IMG/VR virus record: IMGVR_UViG_3300028610_001416
Span: 1-60,001 of that record
Reading direction: 5' to 3' (one strand)
Length of the DNA stretch: 60,001 nt
Origin: a virus
Lineage: Duplodnaviria > Caudoviricetes
Notes under the pieces: model-generated
What the model saw: the letters and a program-made list of their open reading frames with translations, nothing else
The model's database searches: none
What the model was told of the DNA's origin: nothing
In this document: positions 46,918-56,395 of the stretch, one piece after another
How positions within the stretch are numbered: position 1 is the first letter of the stretch
How the letters are laid out: each line of letters opens with the position of its first letter
Translations under genes and position numbers: made by a program

Positions 46918-47123
46918 AGAAGGAAACAACTCGTAGAAATTTCTTAAAATTAGTTGGTATTGGTGTACTCGGTGTTTCACTTACAGATAAAGTGGATGCA
47001 GCAGATAGTACTTGGAACGCACCTAAACAACTCAGAGTAACGGATATATTTGTTTATGATGAGCAAGGAACGTATTTTCGTTTTTCATATGATTTGATGT
47101 TAATGTTACGGATTGACCCATAA
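46914..47123 (+). CDS. Small protein with a twin-arginine signal
   Basis: 'TTRRNFLKLVGIGVLG'. Confidence 0.6.
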   Translation: MKKETTRRNFLKLVGIGVLGVSLTDKVDAADSTWNAPKQLRVTDIFVYDEQGTYFRFSYDLMLMLRIDP

Positions 47124-47140
47124 GGAAAGGTACTTGAATT

Positions 47141-47479
47141 ATGAAAGGTAAAATGGATTGGAGATTTTGGAGGTTGCAAGTTGTCAAAGGGAATATCACT
47201 CAGTATCTTTATGAGAGGGCGAGAAAGAATGACCAGAAGCAGTACAATGTACATATAAGAAGGGCTTGTATGTTATGGGCTGAAGATTACAAAAGATTAG
47301 AAAAGGTAAATAAACAACTTGAGATAGATAACAAAAAGCTTTGGTGTGTCATTACTGTGCTTGAAAGGAAGGTAGATAAAAGAGGGGCAGCTTTGAGTAC
47401 AGTATTGCCGAGGGTTCTTGTTCCGTGGAAACCCGTAATTGTAGATGCACTTAATTATACAGGTGAAAAAGAATCGTAG
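47141..47479 (+). CDS. Hypothetical coiled-coil protein
   Basis: SD and operon position. Confidence 0.5.
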   Translation: MKGKMDWRFWRLQVVKGNITQYLYERARKNDQKQYNVHIRRACMLWAEDYKRLEKVNKQLEIDNKKLWCVITVLERKVDKRGAALSTVLPRVLVPWKPVIVDALNYTGEKES

Positions 47480-47933
47480 TATAATGAAAGTTTACCCCAA
47501 AATTTTCTATCAAGGAATATGTCATAGTTGCCAGCGAGGATATTATTACCCTGCAGGCGATAGGTTTGCAAAACCCGATGATAAGAGAAAGTTGAAATGT
47601 GTTGCATGTGGTTATTCAGGGAATGGTATGATTAAAAAAGATAAATGTGCACCGAACTCATAATATGTCCAAGGATGCCTGTCTGTCGAGTGTTCGACAA
47701 TGTTCCCTATTGAGACAGGATGTAAGGCCAAGGAGGGCCTGCTTATTTTTAGAAACAATAACAAACCAAGGATAACTGCTTAGCAGCAAAAGGAAAAAAT
47801 AGTGCCACTTAAAAAATTTTTAATCCAGTAGTCGAAAAGGCTTATAGCATTTCTCGGGAACCTTCCTAAAAGATTATTTTACATTCCCATATTCCGTGTT
47901 TACTCTGTATAAGGCTAATTAATAAATTCATAT

Positions 47934-48431
47934 TTGACAAGGAAGTCAAGTGATGTGAAAAAGCAATCAAAGAAGAAAAAGGAAACATCGAATAAATCAA
48001 CGCGGGAAAGAGTAAGAAAAGCACTGCAAAAATCTTCTCCGAAAAAGAAAGCAATTGCCAAGAAGTCTGAGAATAGTAACGGTAAAAAGAAACCTATTAA
48101 TAATGGTAAGAAAAAGGGTGTTAAAAGGAATAGAAAAGGGCAAATAGTTATAGGTTCTAAGTCTAACAGCCCTGGTAGGCCTAAAGGAACTACTGATAAG
48201 CTTGGAAAGTTACTTACGGCCGTGGCAAGAGTTGAGAGTACACTTAACAAAAACTTGCTTGACCACTTTGTTAAGAGAGCTTTTAAGTCTGATACTGTTT
48301 TAATTGCTATGATGAAAAAGATGCACCCAGACCTTAAGTCGATTGAACAGGTTACACTTCCAACTGATGCAGTATCGGATATGGAAGCTGCAAAGTGGAG
48401 AGAAGAATTTAGGGAACGTTTTCAGGATTGA
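47934..48431 (+). CDS. terS: Terminase small subunit (putative)
   Basis: 'KGQIVIG...SPGRPKG' motif typical of TerS N-termini; upstream of TerL; start uncertain. Confidence 0.6.
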   Translation: MTRKSSDVKKQSKKKKETSNKSTRERVRKALQKSSPKKKAIAKKSENSNGKKKPINNGKKKGVKRNRKGQIVIGSKSNSPGRPKGTTDKLGKLLTAVARVESTLNKNLLDHFVKRAFKSDTVLIAMMKKMHPDLKSIEQVTLPTDAVSDMEAAKWREEFRERFQD

Positions 48432-48598
48432 TTAATGAGTGCTCCAGAAAGATATGAAGAGTGTACGAAAAAGAAGCATTGTCAATCTCCTACGTTTCTT
48501 GAATGCTGTGGTATTAGGCACTGTATTGAATGCCCAGGTAGAGACGATTGTGGATGTATAGACTGTCCAAAGGTATTAGAAATAAGAGATTGGATTGA

Positions 48599-49921
48599 TT
48601 GTTCATGAAAGCAGCAGCGTTGGAACACTTTACACTGGATGAGTTAAAGAGTGCAGGTAAAGCACTTGTTACCTATACACCTCTTGGTCCTATGCAAAAA
48701 GCGTTTCATAAGTCTCTTGCTGCAATCAAATGGTTGATTGGTGGTAATCAGTCCAGCAAGACATATACTAATATGATGGACTTGGCTTTGCTTGCATTGG
48801 ATTACCATCCAGCACGTTTTCGTCCTCGTGGTGTTCATTGGTGTGCTATTGAAAGTTGGGAGCAGGTACGAGATATTTTGTGGGAAGGAAATCTTAAAGA
48901 TTTTATACCAGCACACTCTATTTATGATATTGACTACGGTATGCAGAGGGTGCCCAAAAGAGTATTTCTAAAGAATGGGCATCGCATAGAGTTCAAAGCA
49001 TTTAACCAAGGCAGAGAGTTGTTTCAGGGTAGGAAGGTAGATTCTATTCATTGTGATGAGCAGTGCCATCATGATTTTGTAGGTATATTGGAAGAGATGC
49101 AGGCAAGGTTGTTAGCAAAGGAGGGTTATTTAAGTTGGGGGATGACACCTATTGTGCCTCAGCCTGAGTTAGAGGAGAGGATAGAGGATTTGCCTGAGGA
49201 TGATGAGACGTTTCAAATTAACTTAAATGATAATCGTATAAGTAAGGGTGGTTATATACCAGACAAACGTATTGACCAAATGATTAATGAATGGCCAGTG
49301 GAAACACAGGCTACGAGGATAGCGGGAGAGTTCGCAAGCTTCTACGGTGCAGTGTACAAAACCTACAGTAGAAGGGTGCATGTTATTCCACCGTTTAGGA
49401 TTCCAAAGGAATGGAGGAAGTGGAGAAGTGTTGACTTTGGTTTTACTAATCCTTTCTGTTGTTTGTGGCTGGCAAAAGACCCTGATGAGAATTGGTATGT
49501 TTACCGTGAGTATTATAGAGCACAGACAGGTATTGATGAGCATATCAGAATGATAAAGGTTCTTAGCAGAGGTGAGAAGTATGTTGACAATTGGGCTGAC
49601 CCTGAGAATGCAGGTGATAGGGCAGCTATGAGGAGGGCAGGGATTAGGACAAGGGCTGCAAAGAAGGATATTGCCAGAGGGGTAGAGCTTGTGCAGAGCA
49701 AGCTTAAAATTAAAGGTGATGGCAGACCCAGTCTGTTTATTCTTAGAACGTGTCCCAATACTGCCAGAGAGATGGCAAGTTATCGTTATCCAAAAGGAAC
49801 TAATCTTAAGAATCCTAAGGATATACCAGTACAGGTAAAAGACCATGCAATAGATGCTTTGCGGTATGGTCTTAATTCAGTGGATGGAAAACAAAAGAAG
49901 GGACGTGTTTACGCGGCTTAA
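48599..49921 (+). CDS. terL: Terminase large subunit
   Basis: 'GGNQSSKT', 'FQG..VD.IHCDE', 'TP', nuclease 'VDFGFTNP', 'DHAIDALRYG'. Confidence 0.92.
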   Translation: MFMKAAALEHFTLDELKSAGKALVTYTPLGPMQKAFHKSLAAIKWLIGGNQSSKTYTNMMDLALLALDYHPARFRPRGVHWCAIESWEQVRDILWEGNLKDFIPAHSIYDIDYGMQRVPKRVFLKNGHRIEFKAFNQGRELFQGRKVDSIHCDEQCHHDFVGILEEMQARLLAKEGYLSWGMTPIVPQPELEERIEDLPEDDETFQINLNDNRISKGGYIPDKRIDQMINEWPVETQATRIAGEFASFYGAVYKTYSRRVHVIPPFRIPKEWRKWRSVDFGFTNPFCCLWLAKDPDENWYVYREYYRAQTGIDEHIRMIKVLSRGEKYVDNWADPENAGDRAAMRRAGIRTRAAKKDIARGVELVQSKLKIKGDGRPSLFILRTCPNTAREMASYRYPKGTNLKNPKDIPVQVKDHAIDALRYGLNSVDGKQKKGRVYAA

Positions 49922-49939
49922 TGTATAGGAGATATTAGA

Positions 49940-50185
49940 ATGGCAAAGTGCATAATTGTAAAAGATGTTTGTATAGGTGATTTAGCTGCTATGCAGACAG
50001 CGGTTACCAATGCTGGTGGAACGTTCGTTAAGCATAGCACAGTCAACTTGAATTTTGAGGCAGTGTTTACTACAGATGCAGCCTGTGCGATTTTTCATGC
50101 TGCTGCAATAGTTATTGACCCTTTGTATGCAGATGCTGATGAAGACCCGCTTCAGGCATTGAACGTTCTTGAAGGCAAGGTATAA
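49940..50185 (+). CDS. Hypothetical protein
   Basis: AGGAG SD. Confidence 0.55.
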   Translation: MAKCIIVKDVCIGDLAAMQTAVTNAGGTFVKHSTVNLNFEAVFTTDAACAIFHAAAIVIDPLYADADEDPLQALNVLEGKV

Positions 50186-50215
50186 AACGTATATAGGCTT
50201 TGAAGGAGAAGCAAA

Positions 50216-50419
50216 ATGAATTTGAAAGTAAATGGAATGCTGGGAGTAGCAATTCCAGATGAGGTTATGAAAAAGAAAGGATTGTCTGGCAAATCTCCAT
50301 CTGAAGTTGTACAGGCTATAGAAGGGTATTTGAACGAGGCAGTTTTTCCAAAAATTAAGAAAGCAGAAGGTATGGATGTTTACATTCGGTTGAACACCGA
50401 AGGTATAAGAGCAGGATAA
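50216..50419 (+). CDS. Hypothetical protein
   Basis: AAGGAG SD. Confidence 0.55.
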   Translation: MNLKVNGMLGVAIPDEVMKKKGLSGKSPSEVVQAIEGYLNEAVFPKIKKAEGMDVYIRLNTEGIRAG

Positions 50420-50582
50420 CAAAAAAATGAGAGGTGCTTGGAAAAGAATATGGGCGAAGATTAAGGAATGGTATTGTCCTTGTACTCATGGCTTGCCTCC
50501 AGTGACTGATTTCCCTTCAATGCCTAAAGTAAAGCCCCCAAGGAAAGATAATGGGTAAAATAATATCTTAGGAGAATAGATT

Positions 50583-50798
50583 ATGATTACAGAAGTACAA
50601 ATTACAGAAGGGGGCGTAGAGACATTCTATGCTCAGCATTGTCCATCAGGAATGAATTTGCAGGAGTGGTTAGAGAAATTAGTGCGAGATGTTATACTTG
50701 CTCCTGCAAACATGCGAAGGTTGCAAGTTCCTGGTTCAGTGTTAAGCATTGATAGACGTAATGTCACTTCGATTACAGTGACACGAGATGCCAATTAG
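50583..50798 (+). CDS. Hypothetical protein
   Basis: AGGAG SD. Confidence 0.5.
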   Translation: MITEVQITEGGVETFYAQHCPSGMNLQEWLEKLVRDVILAPANMRRLQVPGSVLSIDRRNVTSITVTRDAN

Positions 50799-50811
50799 CT
50801 GAGAGGTAGTA

Positions 50812-51000
50812 ATGATACCTAAAGTTCATGTTCATGTCTATAAGGTGACGGCAAAAGCAGAGGTGGAATTTGACCATGCCAATGAAGCCTCTCTTGAGCA
50901 GCGTAGAGCAAAAGCTTTAGAAATGGCAAAGGCAGGTAAGATACCATTTCAAAAATCTGATTGTGAATTTATAGCTTTGGGGTTTTATGGCGATGGCTAA
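50812..51000 (+). CDS. Hypothetical protein
   Basis: GAGG SD; overlaps the portal start. Confidence 0.5.
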   Translation: MIPKVHVHVYKVTAKAEVEFDHANEASLEQRRAKALEMAKAGKIPFQKSDCEFIALGFYGDG

Positions 51001-52375
51001 GAAAGAGAAACCAAAAAAGGGTAGTGTGTACATTGAGACAACTAAAGGTGTCTTTCCGTTTGAGATGTTGAGGAAAGCTGAAGTCAAAAACAAAAGCACT
51101 TCTCAGCAGCTTGCAAGCGTTCAGAAATGGATGACGCTGAATAATCTGATAGCTCCACCTTATCCGCCTATGGCTCTTCTTACCTTGTACGAGTCTAATT
51201 CTATATTCTGGCGTTGTGTCAATCAGCTTGCAATTGATGTGGCAGGTCTTGGTTGGAGCTTAAAGGTTCGGCAGGATAAGAAGGATAATGAAGGGGAGTT
51301 GAAAAGGATTAATGATTTCCTAATTCGACCTAACCCTGAGGATTCTTTCCGTGCTATATTAAAGCGGCTCTTGATTGACTGGGGCAGCATTGGCTGGTTT
51401 GGTTTGGAGGTTGCAAAGAACAACAAGGGTGATATAGTAGATATATACCACGTGCCTGGACATACTTTGAAGGTGCATAAGTCAAAGGAAAAGTATGCCC
51501 AAGTTAGGAACAATAAGAGGACGTGGTTTAAGAGGTATGGAGAGGAAAAGAATATCTCTGCTAAGACGGGTGAGGAGATGAAGGGTAGGGGTAGAGGTAA
51601 GGCCAACGAATTGATATTCTATAAAAACTATTATCCAAAATCTGACTATTACGGCGTACCCAATATTATTTCAGCAGTGGGTGATGTAATAGGTTTGATA
51701 GGATTGCGAGATTACAATTTGGCTTTCTTTGAGAACTTTGGAGTACCAGCTGCACTAATCGTTCTGGAGGGTGATTGGGAGGAGGGTTCGCAAAAGACGG
51801 TAAGTGATTTCTTAAACAAGGAGCTTAAGGGTACTGAAAATGCCCACAGGACTTTGGTAGTGGAGCAGCCAGAGAATTGTAAGTTTAGTTATACTAAGCT
51901 TGGTGTTGACGTAAAGGAGGGCAGCTTCAAGTTATATGAGAAAGCAAGGCAGGAAGATATCTTAGTTGCGTATTCTATGCCACCTGAGAGAATTGGAATA
52001 AGAGTAGTGGGGAAACTTGGTGGTAATGTTGCGGAAGAAGCCACCAAAGTTTATGTACTAAGTGTAGTTGAACCTTTGCAGTTGGATATGGAGGATTTGA
52101 TAAACAATAAGCTTTTGCAGTCTGAGATATATGAGTTCAAGTTTAACGACATAGATACACGCGACCTTGACCTTTTAGTGAAGAGGCTTGGTTATATGAT
52201 AGAGCGAGGAATGAAAACTCCCAATGATGCAATAAATGAATTGGGAGGTAAGCCTTATGTAAATGGAGACAAGTATTATATGATGTCAAGTCTCGTACCA
52301 GCTGGTGAACCTAATCCTGAAGATGCGTTTGCAAAAGAGCAAGAGGAAATTTTAGATGGAATTTCAGATACATAA
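50987..52375 (+). CDS. Portal protein (PBSX/HK97-like)
   Basis: 'SDYYGVP', 'YNLAFFENFGVP', 'DILVAYSMPPERIG', 'TPNDAINELG..P...GD'. Confidence 0.9.
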   Translation: MAMAKKEKPKKGSVYIETTKGVFPFEMLRKAEVKNKSTSQQLASVQKWMTLNNLIAPPYPPMALLTLYESNSIFWRCVNQLAIDVAGLGWSLKVRQDKKDNEGELKRINDFLIRPNPEDSFRAILKRLLIDWGSIGWFGLEVAKNNKGDIVDIYHVPGHTLKVHKSKEKYAQVRNNKRTWFKRYGEEKNISAKTGEEMKGRGRGKANELIFYKNYYPKSDYYGVPNIISAVGDVIGLIGLRDYNLAFFENFGVPAALIVLEGDWEEGSQKTVSDFLNKELKGTENAHRTLVVEQPENCKFSYTKLGVDVKEGSFKLYEKARQEDILVAYSMPPERIGIRVVGKLGGNVAEEATKVYVLSVVEPLQLDMEDLINNKLLQSEIYEFKFNDIDTRDLDLLVKRLGYMIERGMKTPNDAINELGGKPYVNGDKYYMMSSLVPAGEPNPEDAFAKEQEEILDGISDT

Positions 52376-52589
52376 ATGTAATGAGTGTGGTATGGAGTTT
52401 GAAGTAGCTTGTCAGTCGGAGTTAGACAAGAAGCTTAGAGAGCATAAGTGTCAACTGATTACTGGAAAGGTTGAGAGAACAGTACAGCTTCAACAATCTC
52501 TAATGGATTGTTTTGTGCATGATACTGCTGTCAATAGAATTGAGGAACACAATTTTGATGAATTAATTAAGCAAGGAATGATTGTGTAG
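52356..52589 (+). CDS. Small Zn-finger protein
   Basis: 'HKCNECG...HKC'. Confidence 0.5.
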   Translation: MEFQIHKCNECGMEFEVACQSELDKKLREHKCQLITGKVERTVQLQQSLMDCFVHDTAVNRIEEHNFDELIKQGMIV

Positions 52590-53043
52590 GAGATTCAAAA
52601 TGAGTAAGTTATTAACAAGGTTGCTTTTAAGTTTGTTAATGTTCACACCAGCACCAGAAATTAATCCGGGCGAGCCGTTTGTCTTTGACCCTGCCTTATG
52701 TCCCAGTTCTGCGATGTTAGCAGTGATAATACCTGTGGGGGTTACGCATAATGGTGAACTGGATGTCGGTGAAGAGGATGGTGAGAGTATTACTTTTGCG
52801 ACTTCACTGATAACGATTGACCCTATCGGAGTAACTGTACTTGATACGTCTGACCCACGATTTCCTAATGCAGTGGTTCACACTCACAAATGGACATGGA
52901 CTCCTGATATTACTAATGTAGGTTTGAATTATATAAATGTAAAGGTTATGGATTCTTGGGGTGCTTCTGACCCTAACAGTATAAGGACTATTGTGGTATT
53001 GGTGAAAGTGAATAGACCGCCAGTCATTGTTGGTTGTAGGTAA
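52582..53043 (+). CDS. Exported Ig/cadherin-like protein
   Basis: Hydrophobic N-terminus; 'D.DGESITF...WTWTP....G...INVKVMD...VNRPPV'. Confidence 0.6.
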   Translation: MCRRFKMSKLLTRLLLSLLMFTPAPEINPGEPFVFDPALCPSSAMLAVIIPVGVTHNGELDVGEEDGESITFATSLITIDPIGVTVLDTSDPRFPNAVVHTHKWTWTPDITNVGLNYINVKVMDSWGASDPNSIRTIVVLVKVNRPPVIVGCR

Positions 53044-53046
53044 ATA

Positions 53047-54411
53047 ATGAAAACTCAGACTGTTCTTGATAACCTGTTGGATAGGAACGAGAGAATACTT
53101 CGTGTTCCTTTGCAGGTGTGGATGGAGTTTGCCAATGGGCGAATACGAGGAAGCTTAAAAGGCAAATTCAAAAAGGACATCACTACGGAATTAACAGATT
53201 GGGAATTCATCGAAAGCAAAGGTGCAAAGACACTGAAGCCTGCCTCATTAAAGATAATGCAGACAGGTGGTAATGTTGCATATAGGCAGCTGGCTATTGT
53301 TGGCAGTTTTGATGTCTTGAATGTTAGGGCAGTCAAGGCAGCGGAGAAGTTTTGTGCAAAGCTTGTTAGGGAGGTTACTGCTAATACCAAGGAAGGTATT
53401 AGAGTTTTTATCCGTGAAGGAGTTAAGGCGGGTAAGTCAATGCCTAAGATTGCTAAGGAGCTTCGTCCTGTTATAGGGCTTACTGAAAAGCAATCGCTGG
53501 CAATTTCTAATTATCGTAAAAGGCTTGAGGCAAAGGAACCTAAGCTTACAGTAACACAAGTTGATAAAAAGGTGACAAGGCAAACTAACAAGGCTCATCG
53601 CTTACGAGCAGAGAACATCGCTCGAACTGAGACAGCAAGGGCACAGAACATAGGTTACTGTCAAGGACTTGAAGAGGTGGGTGTTGCTGAAGCAGAGTTT
53701 CGTATATCAGCTGCTGATTACTGTGAAGAGTGTGAGGCATTAGATAAGACGAGATATGCAGTTGGTGAGGCTGGTGCAGTAATCCCTGTCCATCCAAGGT
53801 GTCGATGTGCGATGCTGCCTGTGGTAGATAACAAAGTGATTTCTGAGCAATTAAAAAATCCTCATCCAAAGCTGGTGAAAAAGAAGCTGGCTAAAATTGA
53901 ACCAGTTGAACCACCGGAGGAGCTGATAAGCTTGAAGAGGTTTACCGATGAGAATAAAGATGGTGAGGTTGCTATGGCTATCAGTCAGCAATTGCGTGAA
54001 TTTTACTTTGAACAATTGACCTTGAGAAGTTTTGGCGAAATGGAGAATGCAGTACTTACATATGATTCTACTCGTTATTTGGCGGTTATTGATGGTGTGA
54101 TGGTTGGTGCTGTTTCGTTTCATTATGATGAATTGGACGAGCTTGTTTACATAGACCATACAGGTACTTTAGATGCCCCGAAAGGCACTGGTGCAGAATT
54201 GGTAAGAGCTGTGGTTGGTGCTGCTTCTGCTTTTAAGGTAGGAATAAATTTTGAAGCAACTCTTGATAGTGTTGGGTTTTGGGAGAGGCTTGGATTCATA
54301 CCAACCAAGAAAGTTTCATATGTTTTTGAAACAAGCTACAAAAGAATAGAGCAGATAAAAGAGGCACTTGGAACCGTTGGTAGAGTACTTGATAGAATTG
54401 GAGTATCATAA
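53047..54411 (+). CDS. MuF/SPP1 gp7-like minor head protein with a C-terminal GNAT domain
   Basis: 'RAENIARTETARA', 'CEECEALD', 'PVHPRCRC'; C-terminus 'KGTGAELV...VGFWERLGF'. Confidence 0.85.
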   Translation: MKTQTVLDNLLDRNERILRVPLQVWMEFANGRIRGSLKGKFKKDITTELTDWEFIESKGAKTLKPASLKIMQTGGNVAYRQLAIVGSFDVLNVRAVKAAEKFCAKLVREVTANTKEGIRVFIREGVKAGKSMPKIAKELRPVIGLTEKQSLAISNYRKRLEAKEPKLTVTQVDKKVTRQTNKAHRLRAENIARTETARAQNIGYCQGLEEVGVAEAEFRISAADYCEECEALDKTRYAVGEAGAVIPVHPRCRCAMLPVVDNKVISEQLKNPHPKLVKKKLAKIEPVEPPEELISLKRFTDENKDGEVAMAISQQLREFYFEQLTLRSFGEMENAVLTYDSTRYLAVIDGVMVGAVSFHYDELDELVYIDHTGTLDAPKGTGAELVRAVVGAASAFKVGINFEATLDSVGFWERLGFIPTKKVSYVFETSYKRIEQIKEALGTVGRVLDRIGVS

Positions 54412-54412
54412 T

Positions 54413-55342
54413 ATGAGTATGAGAATAGAAGAAATAACTAAGAAACGTCTTTCCAAAGTACCTGATTTGGAGTTGAAGCAATTGCAGTACAGATTTACTA
54501 AGTACTGGGACAATCATTTTAAGTCTAACAATAAAGAGATGGTGGGTTGTTTCACTCGTGGGGGTTTCATTTCTAAGTATAGGATGCTCTTGAGCGAGCT
54601 ATCTTCTTCTAAGCGGAGTTTAGAGTGCAGTACTTGTGCCATTGATAGGGAAGCTTTCAGACAGACCATGCAAGTAAAAAAGGATGGGTTTGATGTTGCT
54701 GTGCTTGAAGAACTTATTATGCAAAAGTGTTTTGTTTTTATTGATAAAGATTTTGCAAAGGCAGATGAAGTCAATATTACAATACAGTTGAGTGAAGATG
54801 AGCCCAATCTAAAATTGGAGGAGATTCTTACTGAGGTATTTAAGGAGCAGGATAAGGAAGTTGTTTTTACATATCAAACTGATTTTGAAGGAACGTGCTT
54901 GCCCTTGTATGAATTAGGGCTGCGTCCCGTAAAGAAGTTAGAAGAGTTGATTATAAAGAAGGATGGAGAGTGTGAGCAGTTTGATGAACCTATTGAAATT
55001 ATTCTTCCAGTTGTGAAAGGAGACGAACATATCGTCTATGGTATTGTGTATGAACCCGATACCAAAGATGCACAAGGAGACCAAGCTACTGCTGCGGAGA
55101 TTAAAAAAGCAGCATATGATTTTATGGAGCACTGCCAGGATTTTAAGGTTATGCACAAGGGCAAGAAAGTCAAGATAAAGATACTGGAAAACTATATAGC
55201 CCCCGTCAATTTTTCGATTGGCAAACGAAAGGTCAAGAAAGGTTCGTGGGTACTTGTTACCAGAGTGCTTGACAAAGATGTGTGGAAAGATATAAAAGCT
55301 GGCAAGCTCACAGGGTATAGAGGCTATGCGAAGATTGAGTAA
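54413..55342 (+). CDS. XkdF-like prohead protease domain with an N-terminal extension
   Basis: 'IVYGIVYEPDTKDAQGD', 'AAYDFM', 'MH', 'KKGSWV', 'VWKDIKAGKLTGY'. Confidence 0.8.
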   Translation: MSMRIEEITKKRLSKVPDLELKQLQYRFTKYWDNHFKSNNKEMVGCFTRGGFISKYRMLLSELSSSKRSLECSTCAIDREAFRQTMQVKKDGFDVAVLEELIMQKCFVFIDKDFAKADEVNITIQLSEDEPNLKLEEILTEVFKEQDKEVVFTYQTDFEGTCLPLYELGLRPVKKLEELIIKKDGECEQFDEPIEIILPVVKGDEHIVYGIVYEPDTKDAQGDQATAAEIKKAAYDFMEHCQDFKVMHKGKKVKIKILENYIAPVNFSIGKRKVKKGSWVLVTRVLDKDVWKDIKAGKLTGYRGYAKIE

Positions 55343-55355
55343 AGGAGAAAAACGT

Positions 55356-56333
55356 ATGGCAAAACAAAAACCAAGTGGAAATTTGAAAGACATAAGAATA
55401 CATGAAGTTTCGATGGTTGATTTGCCTGCAAACAAAATACCATTTTTATTCTTCAAACAAGAAGGTGTTAAGCAGGCACAACTTGCAAAAGCAAAAAAGA
55501 AAATTAAAATTGAGATAGAAAGTAACGGTTTGGTAGGTGGAACTACTGTGGCAGTTAACGGGGATAAGTTGGGACAGCTGAAGAGTTTTGATTTCAGCTT
55601 CTATGGGAATGACCCAAAATCGACAGTCCATGCTTCTTATTCCAAAGAAACTTCGTCCACAGATGGTTTCAGTCGTATCGAGACTTACTATCTTAGCAAA
55701 GGAGTAATTGCTATGACTAAGGAAATGTTGAAAGTTCTACAAGAGTACCTTGGTACAGAAGAGATTGACTTCGAGAAAAAGGTCGACGAGGAAGAAGTTC
55801 AGAAAGCCTTGGTGCTTATTACTAAGCATTACAAGGAAAGCTTCCCCCAAGACTTGGTAGACGCGGTCGGTGTTCTCGCTAAATGTGCCAGTGGAGGTTA
55901 CGACGTGAAAGAAAAGGGACAGCTTGAGAAAGCAGGTGCAAAGTTCTCGAAGGATGTTCTTAAGAAACTGGAGGCTGTTATTGCTGCCGTAAAAGCTTTA
56001 GAAGGAATAATGGAAAGCAAACAGTCTACAGAGAAGGTGACAAGTGGTAGTGAAGAGATGGCTGGGCTTAAAAAGCAAATAGCTGAGCTGAGCAAAACTA
56101 TTACTAAGCTGGGTAAGCCTTCGGAGAAACCTGCTGACGACGATTCCGAAGCTGGGAAGCTCGCCAAAGATTTGAAAGCTATTTCGGAACGAGTTAAGAA
56201 GATGGAGGAAGCTGGTGTCACCAAGGGAACCATAGACGGTCAAGATGGTGACGGCGATGGTGATGTGAAAAAGGGAGCGGGTGAGGATGGTGAGGTACTC
56301 TGGCCCTCGTTGAAAGTACTGGACGAAGATTAG
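55356..56333 (+). CDS. Scaffolding protein with an N-terminal protease-family segment
   Basis: 'EVSMVDLPAN', then coiled coils and an acidic tail; precedes the MCP. Confidence 0.7.
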   Translation: MAKQKPSGNLKDIRIHEVSMVDLPANKIPFLFFKQEGVKQAQLAKAKKKIKIEIESNGLVGGTTVAVNGDKLGQLKSFDFSFYGNDPKSTVHASYSKETSSTDGFSRIETYYLSKGVIAMTKEMLKVLQEYLGTEEIDFEKKVDEEEVQKALVLITKHYKESFPQDLVDAVGVLAKCASGGYDVKEKGQLEKAGAKFSKDVLKKLEAVIAAVKALEGIMESKQSTEKVTSGSEEMAGLKKQIAELSKTITKLGKPSEKPADDDSEAGKLAKDLKAISERVKKMEEAGVTKGTIDGQDGDGDGDVKKGAGEDGEVLWPSLKVLDED

Positions 56334-56395
56334 TAGGAAACGGCCAGGGTATATGTAGTTAGAAAAATTGTTGGTAAATAAAAGGAGTACACACA

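Noticed and set aside
13780-53043. Host assignment (for example Planctomycetota) from DPN motifs in exported proteins and GAAAGGA SD usage
   Set aside because: Impression only; it cannot be supported without searches. The sigma70 promoter and SD use support a bacterial host and no more
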